Assembly (NCBI GenBank): GCA_046539845.1
Contig: JBKHGE010000003.1
Span: forward strand, 62,001 to 125,612
DNA length: 63,612 bases
Source of the DNA: Desulfonatronovibrionaceae bacterium
GTDB taxonomy: Bacteria; Desulfobacterota; Desulfovibrionia; Desulfovibrionales; Desulfonatronovibrionaceae
Direction: 5' to 3'
Positions 20,189 through 29,102 of this stretch are shown one piece after another. Position 1 is the first letter of the stretch. Each line of letters opens with the position of its first letter. Below the pieces are notes generated by a model. That model made no database searches and was not told where the DNA came from. It was given only the letters and a program-made list of their open reading frames with translations. Made by a program: the position numbers and the translations under genes.

Positions 20189-21352
20189 TCAGGCACTGAC
20201 TTCCTTTTTCACTCCAATTGCTACTTTGTACAGCACAGTCAAAAGGAAAAACCCGGCGGCATAGACACCAAGGGAGATCAAAAGCTCCAGTTTGGTGGGG
20301 ATATACTCGGTGACCATCTCCATAGGAGAAGGGGTAAAACCGCCAGCGATCATGCCCAGTCCTTTATCGATCCAGGTGCCGATAAAGATAAGCAGGCAGG
20401 AAAAGGCCAGGATATTGTCTGAACGGCGGTTACCGGGGAAGAGCAAGACTATTGAGGCCCCGGCCATAAAGAGCATGGAAACCCACATCCAGGCGGTATA
20501 CACGCCCTTTCCGTGCAGCCCGAAAAACAAATACTTGAGATGGGCCGCATGCGACGGTATCTGACTGTATCCGACGGTAAACACCTCCAGGGAAATGAAG
20601 AAAAGCAGAAGTATGGTGCAATAGGTCACTATTTTGGCCAGGCTCTGCACCGCTTCTCCGGTCGGGTCCGGATTCCACCTGGAAACCATCTTGATGACGA
20701 ATATAAGCAGGATCAGCAAGGCCGGACCGGAGGCAAAAGCCCCGGCCAGAAACTTGGGAGCCATGATCGCGGTCAGCCAGTAGCCCCGGCCAGGCAGGCC
20801 GCTGTACAGAAAGGCGGTCACGGTATGGATGCTTATCGCCCAGGGAATGGACAGATAGATAAAGAATTTGATCCAGTTCGGGGGGGGGACATCCTTGCGC
20901 TCCGCCTGCAGGGTGACCCAGCCGACCAAAAGATTAAGGAACAAGTAACCGTTTAAGACGACCATGTCCCAGAAGAGTATGGAATTGGGCGTGGGATGCA
21001 AAAGCACATTGAACAGCCGCTGCGGCTGCCCAAGGTCGACAACAATGAAAAGCAGGCACATGGCAACCGAGGCAATGGCCAGAAACTCCCCGAGTATAAG
21101 CACCCGGGCAAAACCTTTGTAGTTATGCAGATATTTGGGAATGACCATCATCACGGCTGATGCGGCCACTCCGACCAGAAAGGTAAACTGGGCTATATAA
21201 AACCCCCAGGAGACATCCCTGCTCATACCGGTAATGGTCAAACCCTGGTTTAGCTGTACCAGATAACATCCGGCACCAACACCCATAATTACCAGCAAAA
21301 GACCGAGCCAGCCCCAGTACAATCCGTTTCCTTTTACAGCTTTTTCCAGCAT
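20189..21352 (-). CDS. dsrP: DsrP (NrfD/PsrC-family membrane subunit)
   Basis: GMSRDVSWG.YIAQFTFLVGVAASAVM, DLGQP.R, SIPWAISIHTVTAF, WIDKG. Confidence 0.96.
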   Translation of the reverse strand: MLEKAVKGNGLYWGWLGLLLVIMGVGAGCYLVQLNQGLTITGMSRDVSWGFYIAQFTFLVGVAASAVMMVIPKYLHNYKGFARVLILGEFLAIASVAMCLLFIVVDLGQPQRLFNVLLHPTPNSILFWDMVVLNGYLFLNLLVGWVTLQAERKDVPPPNWIKFFIYLSIPWAISIHTVTAFLYSGLPGRGYWLTAIMAPKFLAGAFASGPALLILLIFVIKMVSRWNPDPTGEAVQSLAKIVTYCTILLLFFISLEVFTVGYSQIPSHAAHLKYLFFGLHGKGVYTAWMWVSMLFMAGASIVLLFPGNRRSDNILAFSCLLIFIGTWIDKGLGMIAGGFTPSPMEMVTEYIPTKLELLISLGVYAAGFFLLTVLYKVAIGVKKEVSA

Positions 21353-21362
21353 GACACTCCCC

Positions 21363-22124
21363 TTATATCAGATAGTAGACACAGGGTTCCGTGCCTAGTT
21401 CGGGTTTACGTCTTATGGAATACCTATCTTCCAGGGCCTTGGAGACATCGGAATGCGGATCTTCAAGATCACCGAACAGGATGGCCCCCTCCGAGACCTC
21501 TACGCAGGCCGGCTCTTTACCCTCGGCCAAACGCTCGGCGCAGAATTCGCATTTCTCGACAACACCCTTGGTCCGGGTGGGGAAGTCCGGAGTCGGATCC
21601 TCCAGATGCTTGCGGGGATCGCTGAAATTAAAACTCCTGGACCCGTAGGGACAGGCCGCCATACAGTACCGGCACCCGATACAGCGGTGGAAATCCATCA
21701 TGACAATCCCGTCCTCGCGCTGATAGGTGGCTTTGGTCGGGCAGACCCGCACGCAGGGGGGATTGTCGCAATGATTGCACAACGACAATGTCTTTTTCTC
21801 CGGGATCTCCATCAGCCGGGAGTGCATCTGTTCCGGAAAGAGGTGCTCGAATGACTCCGACCAGATCCATTTTATTTCTTCATCCGACTCGAATTCCGGG
21901 ACATTATGGATACTGTGACACACTTCAGTGCATTTTTTCATTATTTTCTTGCTCAGGGCCTTGGTATCAATGGCCATGGCCCAGCGCTTGGCATGCAGGG
22001 CCTCGCCCGCATCCTCATTACCGAAAGCCGATTCAGTGGCCGCCCTCAGCGCGGAAGGGCAGATGCTCCAGCCCAGGGCGGCAAGGCCGGCCAGTTTGAG
22101 GAATTTTCTTCTTGTTGCGCTCAT
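21363..22124 (-). CDS. dsrO: DsrO (periplasmic Fe-S subunit)
   Basis: Tat signal TRRKFLK; CNHCDNPPCVRVCP, CIGCRYCMAACPY, KCEFC. Confidence 0.96.
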   Translation of the reverse strand: MSATRRKFLKLAGLAALGWSICPSALRAATESAFGNEDAGEALHAKRWAMAIDTKALSKKIMKKCTEVCHSIHNVPEFESDEEIKWIWSESFEHLFPEQMHSRLMEIPEKKTLSLCNHCDNPPCVRVCPTKATYQREDGIVMMDFHRCIGCRYCMAACPYGSRSFNFSDPRKHLEDPTPDFPTRTKGVVEKCEFCAERLAEGKEPACVEVSEGAILFGDLEDPHSDVSKALEDRYSIRRKPELGTEPCVYYLI

Positions 22125-22505
22125 TTATTCACCCCCCTCAGGTATCACGTGACAATCCCAGCAATACGGGGAGACATCCACGGAGTTATGACACTTGTCA
22201 CAAAACTTTTCCTTGTCGGTGTGGCACTTCATACAGGTCATGGTCAGGCTCTTCCAATACACTTTCCCGTCCGAACTATGGTAGTAGTGATCCTCCTCCC
22301 GGACCACATCATCGCGCCAGTCGTCCAGAAGCTGCATATGCTCAGCCCGCATCTCCTGAGTGGGCAGCACGCATTCCTTACCCTCTTTTGCTTCTTGAAG
22401 CTCGGGTTCCTCGTAAGCGGCGCTCCCGATATTGAACCAAAAGGGAAAGGTGAACAGCACGACAAACACGGCCAGACCAACGATTATCTTACCGCCATCG
22501 TACAT
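22125..22505 (-). CDS. dsrJ: DsrJ (trihaem cytochrome c)
   Basis: Three CxxCH motifs (CMKCH, CDKCH, CWDCH) plus MRAEHM; N-terminal membrane anchor. Confidence 0.96.
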   Translation of the reverse strand: MYDGGKIIVGLAVFVVLFTFPFWFNIGSAAYEEPELQEAKEGKECVLPTQEMRAEHMQLLDDWRDDVVREEDHYYHSSDGKVYWKSLTMTCMKCHTDKEKFCDKCHNSVDVSPYCWDCHVIPEGGE

Positions 22506-24128
22506 TTACTCTTCCTCCTTCCCGGGTAAGGGTTCCATGCGCAGGTCAGTCTCCCGCTCCTGTTCACCCGGCAGAATTAAAGCGTTTCCAACCAGTTCAT
22601 GAACGCCGGTCACGTCCACATCAGGCACCCAGTATCCCATGAGATCCGGAAAAACAGCCCGGTCAATGGCGCAGATACAACCGAGCATGTTCACCCCGTG
22701 TTTTTCATGCACATGTTTTACTGCATTGGCCCGGGGGAAGCCGCCCATCATGCGCAGCTCCTCGTTCTCTCCGGCGTTCAATCCGGCGCCGCCGCCGCAG
22801 CAGAAGGTCTGCTCCCGGATGGTGCCTTCGGGCATTTCATAGAAATGATTGGCCGTGTGATTTATCACGTATCTCGGCTCCTCCAGAAGGCCCATTCCCC
22901 TTGAGGGATTGCAGGAATCATGAAAGGTTATAATCTTTTTGTCGTTGCGGCTCTTGTCCAGGGGCAGCTTGCCGTGTTTGATCAAATCTGCGGTGAATTC
23001 GCACAGGTGGACCATCTTGGTCGACGCGGCGTTTTCGAATTTGGTCCCGGTTATGGGGTTTACCGGTTCCTCCAGAAAGTCCGGCGGTCCGTTCATGGTA
23101 TCCATGTACTGGTGTATAACCCGCCACATATGGCCGCACTCACCGCCGAGTATCCATTTCACGCCCAGGCGCTTGGCTTCGGCGTACATTTTGGAATTGA
23201 GGCGCTTCATCATTTCGTGCGAGGTAAAAAACCCGAAGTTGCCGCCTTCTGAGGCGTATGTACTCCAGGTCACCTCCAGTCCGTATTCCTCCTTGAGGTA
23301 ATGGAAAAGCATAAGATAACCCATGCAGGTGTAGGTGCCGGGGTCGGCAAATACGTCTCCGGAGGGGGTAATAAACAGAATGTCCGCGCCTTTTTTATTG
23401 AAGGACGGCTCCGGGCGGATGCCGGTGATCTCCTCGATGTCCTCGCAGAAGAAATCCAGCATGTCCTTGAAGGCATGGGGCTGAATGCCCAAATGATTCC
23501 CGGTACGGTAGCAATTGGCCACCGGAGCCTGGATCCAGTCCACATTCAGGCCGAGAAGATTTATGAGTTCCCGGCCCATGATGGTTATCTCCGCGGTATC
23601 AATCCCGTAGGGACAGAACACGGAGCAGCGCCGGCACTCGGAACACTGGAAAAGATAGTACCAGAGCTCCTTTAGATTGGCCAGGGTCAACTTGCGCGCC
23701 CCGGCGAATCTGCCCAGGATTTTCCCGGACTTGGTGAACTCGCCCCGGTAAATGGAGCGCAACAGTTCCGCCCTCAGTACCGGCATGTTCTTGGGATCGC
23801 CGGAGCCGATGAAGTAATGGCATTTGTCCGCACACGCCCCGCAGCGGACACAGATATCCATAAAAATCTTAAAGGTCCGGAAGCGGTCCAGGCGCTCGCG
23901 CATGCCCTGCAAAAAGATCTCCTGCCAGTTTTCCGGCAGCTTCCAATCCTCCTCCGTAGGCTCAAATTTGCGGGCATTGGGGAACCCGACATATTCAAGA
24001 TTCTCCGGATTGGCCGAATAACAGTACCGCCCCGGCTTTATCTCCAGAGGGACATCCATCCAATCCGTGCGTGGCGGCTTGTGATCGATACTTCTTACCA
24101 AGGCTTCTGGTTTTGGTGTCTTGGCCAT
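22506..24128 (-). CDS. dsrK: DsrK (HdrD-like Fe-S subunit)
   Basis: CVRCGACADKC, CSECRRCSVFCPYGID, GECGHMWR, HDSCN..R, CCGGG. Confidence 0.98.
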   Translation of the reverse strand: MAKTPKPEALVRSIDHKPPRTDWMDVPLEIKPGRYCYSANPENLEYVGFPNARKFEPTEEDWKLPENWQEIFLQGMRERLDRFRTFKIFMDICVRCGACADKCHYFIGSGDPKNMPVLRAELLRSIYRGEFTKSGKILGRFAGARKLTLANLKELWYYLFQCSECRRCSVFCPYGIDTAEITIMGRELINLLGLNVDWIQAPVANCYRTGNHLGIQPHAFKDMLDFFCEDIEEITGIRPEPSFNKKGADILFITPSGDVFADPGTYTCMGYLMLFHYLKEEYGLEVTWSTYASEGGNFGFFTSHEMMKRLNSKMYAEAKRLGVKWILGGECGHMWRVIHQYMDTMNGPPDFLEEPVNPITGTKFENAASTKMVHLCEFTADLIKHGKLPLDKSRNDKKIITFHDSCNPSRGMGLLEEPRYVINHTANHFYEMPEGTIREQTFCCGGGAGLNAGENEELRMMGGFPRANAVKHVHEKHGVNMLGCICAIDRAVFPDLMGYWVPDVDVTGVHELVGNALILPGEQERETDLRMEPLPGKEEE

Positions 24129-24133
24129 TATTA

Positions 24134-25156
24134 CTACTCCTTGTTCTCAGCTGGCTGTTCTTCCAGAGGCTTTTCCACCGGCAATCCAGCCTCTACCATC
24201 TTTTCCCGGAATTCATCCTCGTAAGCCTCGTAAGTGTGCACCTTTACCGGATAGTCCCACGGGTTTTCATGGTGTACCCGCCTGGTGTTGTTCACCAGAT
24301 TTCTGGTCGGGCTCATAAACACCCCGCCCATGTGAGTCAGCTTGCTAAACGGGAAATAGGCAAGCAAAACACAGACCAGAAAGAGATGCACGTAGAATAT
24401 GGTTCCCACTTCCGGGGGCACCTGGGGATTGAACGTAACCAGCCCCATGGTCAGGACCTTTACGTTTATTATGTCCGTTTTAACGAAGTAGCGCATCATG
24501 ATTCCGGAAATGGCGATTCCCAAAATCAAAAACAGGGGAAAGTAATCCGCCACCTGGGATATATACCTCATCTGGGGGACGACAATGCGGCGCAGGAAGA
24601 GATAGGTGGCCGCAGCAACAATAACCACGTCAGTCATAAACAGGGTGGGCACCCCGACCTGCAAAAGGCTGTCCAGGGTGTCCAGCCAGCTGAACACGGC
24701 AGGTACCGGCTCGGTAAAAAAGCGCATGTGCCGGACAAATATGACCAGAAAGGAATAGTGGAACAAAAGGGCAAACAGCCACAGCCATTTGCTGGAGGAA
24801 TAGGCCAGCTTGGGCCCGTCCCTGAGTTCAATCTTGGTATTGCGGAACAGGGATCGAAACAAAACCACTTCCAAAAACATCCGAACCAGCACACCCCATA
24901 GGGTTGTCGGATTGTCCACCTTGTTGTCCTTGATCCAGGGTAGGCTGGCCTCCTGACCGCAGGTTGTGGGGATCCGGAAGGGAACCGGAGACCTGCCCCA
25001 GTCTATCACCTTGAGCACGAATCCGACAATAAACAGTGCGACTGCTGCATACGGAATAATCACTCCGAACAGATAATGCCAGCCGCAGGCTCCGGCGCCC
25101 AGCAAAGCGACCAAAACCAAGGCGAAAACCAGAAAAAGTGAGTAAATCGCTTTCAT
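24134..25156 (-). CDS. dsrM: DsrM (NarI/HdrE-like cytochrome b)
   Basis: PVPFRIPTTCGQ, FHYSFL...RH.R, YFPFSKLTHMGGVFMSPTRN. Confidence 0.97.
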   Translation of the reverse strand: MKAIYSLFLVFALVLVALLGAGACGWHYLFGVIIPYAAVALFIVGFVLKVIDWGRSPVPFRIPTTCGQEASLPWIKDNKVDNPTTLWGVLVRMFLEVVLFRSLFRNTKIELRDGPKLAYSSSKWLWLFALLFHYSFLVIFVRHMRFFTEPVPAVFSWLDTLDSLLQVGVPTLFMTDVVIVAAATYLFLRRIVVPQMRYISQVADYFPLFLILGIAISGIMMRYFVKTDIINVKVLTMGLVTFNPQVPPEVGTIFYVHLFLVCVLLAYFPFSKLTHMGGVFMSPTRNLVNNTRRVHHENPWDYPVKVHTYEAYEDEFREKMVEAGLPVEKPLEEQPAENKE

Positions 25157-25198
25157 GAACCGTTACCTCGCTTTAGTTCTTGAACGTTACCCCATACC

Positions 25199-25717
25199 TC
25201 AAAGATTATCCGGCACCTCTTTTATAAGATCTGCCTTTTCCAAGAGCTTGCGGGTATGATCCCGCATGAAGCTCGCCTTTTTGCTCCACAGATATTCCCG
25301 GCACTGGACATACAAATCCAGCGACAGGCTGGTCAGATCATTTAGCTTTTCCTGAAAGTTGAACAGTTCCTCCCGGGCCTGCGGTTCCTTGAGCTCCTTT
25401 TTGAGCACCTGACGGATGATCGGCATGAGTTCGAGGGGAAAACAGGCGGCCTCTGAAGGGGGAATCCCCTGCACCGCCCGGATACGCACTATATCGTCCA
25501 CATACTGGGTCAGGGCCTCGGAGGCCTTGTCCTGCATGAGTTCGTCCAGGATATTCTCCAAGCCGACCCGGAAATTGTGCCCCACCGGATTGCTGAATTC
25601 GCTCTTTTTCTGACGAAAAAAACGCCCCCCCTCTTCCGGGTAGGCGTCACAAAGCCTCTGCAGCCACAGATTCAGGATCTGCGTCTTTTTGTTCTGGATA
25701 TGTTCGTTTAAGGGCAT
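25199..25717 (-). CDS. dsrT: DsrT (RsbRD N-terminal-like)
   Basis: FSNPVG, IVRIRAVQ...PSEA..F, DLYVQCRE; immediately upstream of dsrM. Start taken as ATG 25717. Confidence 0.88.
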   Translation of the reverse strand: MPLNEHIQNKKTQILNLWLQRLCDAYPEEGGRFFRQKKSEFSNPVGHNFRVGLENILDELMQDKASEALTQYVDDIVRIRAVQGIPPSEAACFPLELMPIIRQVLKKELKEPQAREELFNFQEKLNDLTSLSLDLYVQCREYLWSKKASFMRDHTRKLLEKADLIKEVPDNL

Positions 25718-25759
25718 GATATCTTTGAAGTTATTGATCAGTTTGCAGGGTTTAGGGCA

Positions 25760-25777
25760 TAGTGAAATCATTCACAG
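25760..25777. promoter_or_regulatory. Rex-like operator upstream of dsrTMKJOP
   Basis: TaGTGAAatcaTTCACAg palindrome about 43 nt upstream of the dsrT start; closely resembles the dsrA box. Confidence 0.68.
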
Positions 25778-26102
25778 TCCGATTGCGCAGTACTTAAATC
25801 AGGCATTTTTTATCGTCAAGGTAATTTACCAAATTAATAACCGTTTTCCGCTTGCAAAATTTTGCAGAATCTCTGCCGGCCGGCCTGAGGGAGGAAAAGC
25901 CCGGGGCCGTGCCGACGGGGTCTGCCCAATACCCCGGAAAGACGAAAAACCGCGCCCGGGCTGCCAGACAAAAAAAGGCCCTTTTTGGCGGCAAAAACAG
26001 GGGCCGGACAAAAAGGGCCTGGACTTGATACCGGGTAGCAAAGAGACGGGAGAGCAAAAGCGTCTGTCCGCGCAAAGAGCCCGTTCCGGGTAGCCGGGCT
26101 CC

Positions 26103-26951
26103 TTAACCCGCGGCCATCCGGCGCAAGCGTTTTATCCTTTCCTCGGCCGGTGGATGGGTGCTAAAGAGCCGGCCCACGGAAGAAGCGGAAAACGGGTTGA
26201 CTATAAACATATGCGCCGAGGCCGGGCTGCCCCCGCGCATGGGCATACCCTTGGCGTACTGATTCAACTTTTCCAGGGCCGAGGCCAGAGACAAGGGATT
26301 GCCGGACAATTCCGCACCGGCGCGGTCGGCCAGATACTCCCTGGATCGGGATATGCCCATCTGGATGAGCATGGCCGCAATAGGGGCTACTATGGCCAAG
26401 ACCAGGGCCATAAACGGATTGCCGCCATCCTCGTCATCTCCGCCCATACCGAATATGGCCGCCCACTGGACCATATTGGCCACGAACATTATCGTTCCGG
26501 CCAATGTGGCGGCCACTGTCTGGATCAGTATGTCCCGATTGCGGATGTGCCCTATCTCGTGGGCCAGGACCCCTTTGAGCTCCTCTGGAGTGAGCAGACT
26601 CATAATCCCCTGGGTCACGGCCACCACCCCGTTTTGGGGATTACGTCCGGTGGCAAAGGCATTGGGAGCCTCCTGTGGAATCATGTACACAGCCGGCTTG
26701 GGCATCCCGGCCCTGTGAGCCAATTCCTCCACAATCGCGTGCAGCCGGGGGGCTTCGCCTCGCTCCACCCGGCGTGCCTTGTACATGGCCAAAACCATGC
26801 GGTCTGAATACCAATAACTGCCCACATTCATACCCACGGCCAAGACAAAGGCGATAACAAGCCCGGTCTGACCGCCCAAAAGACGGCCAAAGAGAAGAAT
26901 TATAGCCGTCAGCAGTCCGAGCAGAAGTCCGGTTTTTATCTGATTGCTCAT
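26103..26951 (-). CDS. htpX: Zinc metalloprotease HtpX
   Basis: PNAFATGRNP, GVLAHEIGH, SRSREYLAD, FSTHP...ERI. Confidence 0.96.
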   Translation of the reverse strand: MSNQIKTGLLLGLLTAIILLFGRLLGGQTGLVIAFVLAVGMNVGSYWYSDRMVLAMYKARRVERGEAPRLHAIVEELAHRAGMPKPAVYMIPQEAPNAFATGRNPQNGVVAVTQGIMSLLTPEELKGVLAHEIGHIRNRDILIQTVAATLAGTIMFVANMVQWAAIFGMGGDDEDGGNPFMALVLAIVAPIAAMLIQMGISRSREYLADRAGAELSGNPLSLASALEKLNQYAKGMPMRGGSPASAHMFIVNPFSASSVGRLFSTHPPAEERIKRLRRMAAG

Positions 26952-27066
26952 AAGTGGTTACACACTCCATATATTTGAAAATTGTTTTTAAATTAAAACA
27001 GCCCCGGGTCCTGAACAGTGCCCAGGCTCAGGGTCCTGACGAGCCTTTGGCTATGCAGAATAGACT

Positions 27067-27513
27067 TTATCCGCTTATCTCAATCTGTACCCGAGTCGAA
27101 CGCCGGGCCTTTTTGGGGACAATCACAGTCAAAATCCCGGAGCTGAAGCGGGCGGATATATTCTGCACATCCGAATCCGAAGGTAGCAGGAATCTGCGGG
27201 CAAACGGACCATAGGTCCTTTCCATAACCTGATACGCCCCTGCGGTCACATCCCTTTCCCGGCGTCTTTCCCCGTAGATTACCAAGTACCCGTCCCTGGC
27301 CTCGACCTGGATCCGGTCCTGGTCCACACCCGGGAGCTCCATTTCCAGAATAAAGTTCGCCTCGGTTTCATAGGCATCAGCCGGAGGCTGCCATACCGGG
27401 AATCTTTCCCGTGTCCAGCCTCCGGAAGAGGACAGGGCCTCATCCATCATCTCATTTATCTCCTCTCGCATGTTCCGCAGATCCTGCCAAGGATAAAATG
27501 TATACCTGCCCAT
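27067..27513 (-). CDS. Hsp20/alpha-crystallin small heat-shock protein
   Basis: P.AD.YET, ELPGV, ER.YG.F.R.F.LP, A.F..GIL.V.VPK. Confidence 0.93.
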   Translation of the reverse strand: MGRYTFYPWQDLRNMREEINEMMDEALSSSGGWTRERFPVWQPPADAYETEANFILEMELPGVDQDRIQVEARDGYLVIYGERRRERDVTAGAYQVMERTYGPFARRFLLPSDSDVQNISARFSSGILTVIVPKKARRSTRVQIEISG

Positions 27514-27789
27514 ACCGCTCTCCTAGAAAAACGTCCCAGATGTTCCGCGCTGCTTGTTCCGGTTAAATTTTTGTTTTATCCATCCGTTTGAAAGGCCCCT
27601 TAATATCCGGCTGTCATACTGCCTATAAATTAAGCATAAAGGACCGTATGTCAATAACCCCAGGGTCTGTTTTCCGTACTCCGAGCAAAACCCCTCCCGG
27701 TTCCGGAAACAGCCTTGCCAAAGAGGTCAAGGAAACCTAGAATAAGGTTTATAAATAAAAGGATTAAAAAGCGCCAAGCGGAGAAAAAG

Positions 27790-29091
27790 ATGCAGAACAA
27801 CACCTTTGAGACCGAAATCAAGACCCTGGGCAAGCCCAAGATAGACTCCCCGCTCACCCTGTGCCGCTTTGTCCCGGACTCCCGCCGTTTAAAGCTGTAT
27901 GTCCCCCGGGATATCCTTGCGGAAGGTGATGGGGACAAAGAGCAGTGGCTGGAGTTCGAGGAAGCCGGTCCCCGGGAGAAAATTTATTTTGACCCCACCA
28001 AGGCCAAATGCGCCATAGTTACCTGCGGCGGGCTGTGTCCGGGGATCAATGACGTGATCCGGTCCATTGTCATGGAGGCCCACCACCACTACAATGTGGC
28101 CTCGATCCTGGGAGTCCGCTACGGACTGCAGGGGTTTATCCCGGAATACGGGTACGAAGTGGTCGAACTGACCCCGCAAAAAGTCAGCGATATCCATGAA
28201 TTCGGAGGCACCGTGCTCGGCTCCTCGCGCGGGCATCAGCCCCCGGAGCTAATAGTGGACGCCTTGGAAAGGATGAACATAAGCGTTTTGTTTATGATCG
28301 GGGGGGACGGGACAATGAAAGCGGCCCAGGCCATAAGCCGGGAAGTCAGAAAAAGGAAACTCAAGATCTCTATAATCGGCATCCCCAAGACCATTGACAA
28401 CGATATCCACTTCATATCCAAGACGTTCGGATTTGACAGCGCCGTGGCCAAGGCCACGGAATCCATAAGGAGCGCCCACACCGAGTCCCTTGGCGCGCCG
28501 AACGGAATCGGGATGGTCAAACTCATGGGCCGGGAATCCGGCTTTATCGCCGCCCAGGCCACATTGGCCTTAAAGGATGTCAACTTTGTCCTGGTCCCGG
28601 AAGTCAGATTCGATCTGGAGGGTGAAAACGGGCTTCTGGCCCATCTGGAAAAAAGGCTCAAGGCCAGGGGACACGCGGTGATCGTGGTTGCCGAGGGTGC
28701 CGGGCAGGAACATTTTGAAAACACCGGCACTGATGCCTCGGGGAACATAATATTGGGCGATATTTGCGAAATCCTGTGTTCGGGCATAAAGGAGCATTTC
28801 CGGAAACTCTCCTGGGACACCACCCTCAAGTTTATTGACCCCAGCTATATAATCCGTTCCGTCCCGGCCAATGCCAACGACCGCGTCTACTGCGGTTTTT
28901 TGGGCCAAAACGCAGTGCACGCAGCCATGAGCGGCAAAACCGAACTCGTGGTCAGCATGCTACAGGACTATTATATCTACCTGCCCTTATCCATCGTGAC
29001 CCAAAAAAGGCGCCGCCTCAATCCGCGGTCCAATTTCTGGAGTGCGGTTCTGGAGTCCACCGGACAGCCGTTTAATATGTGCAATGAATAA
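27790..29091 (+). CDS. pfkA: 6-phosphofructokinase, probably ATP-dependent
   Basis: TCGGLCPG.NDV, GGTVLGSSRG, GGDGT (Gly at the ATP/PPi specificity position), PKTIDND, MGRESGFIA; start ATG 27790. Confidence 0.93.
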   Translation: MQNNTFETEIKTLGKPKIDSPLTLCRFVPDSRRLKLYVPRDILAEGDGDKEQWLEFEEAGPREKIYFDPTKAKCAIVTCGGLCPGINDVIRSIVMEAHHHYNVASILGVRYGLQGFIPEYGYEVVELTPQKVSDIHEFGGTVLGSSRGHQPPELIVDALERMNISVLFMIGGDGTMKAAQAISREVRKRKLKISIIGIPKTIDNDIHFISKTFGFDSAVAKATESIRSAHTESLGAPNGIGMVKLMGRESGFIAAQATLALKDVNFVLVPEVRFDLEGENGLLAHLEKRLKARGHAVIVVAEGAGQEHFENTGTDASGNIILGDICEILCSGIKEHFRKLSWDTTLKFIDPSYIIRSVPANANDRVYCGFLGQNAVHAAMSGKTELVVSMLQDYYIYLPLSIVTQKRRRLNPRSNFWSAVLESTGQPFNMCNE

Positions 29092-29102
29092 AGGAGCCCG
29101 TC

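Noticed and set aside
21900..21990. DsrO lacks the first two cysteines of its N-terminal cluster motif
   Set aside because: As I recall this is usual for Desulfovibrio-type DsrO, so it is not evidence of a defect.
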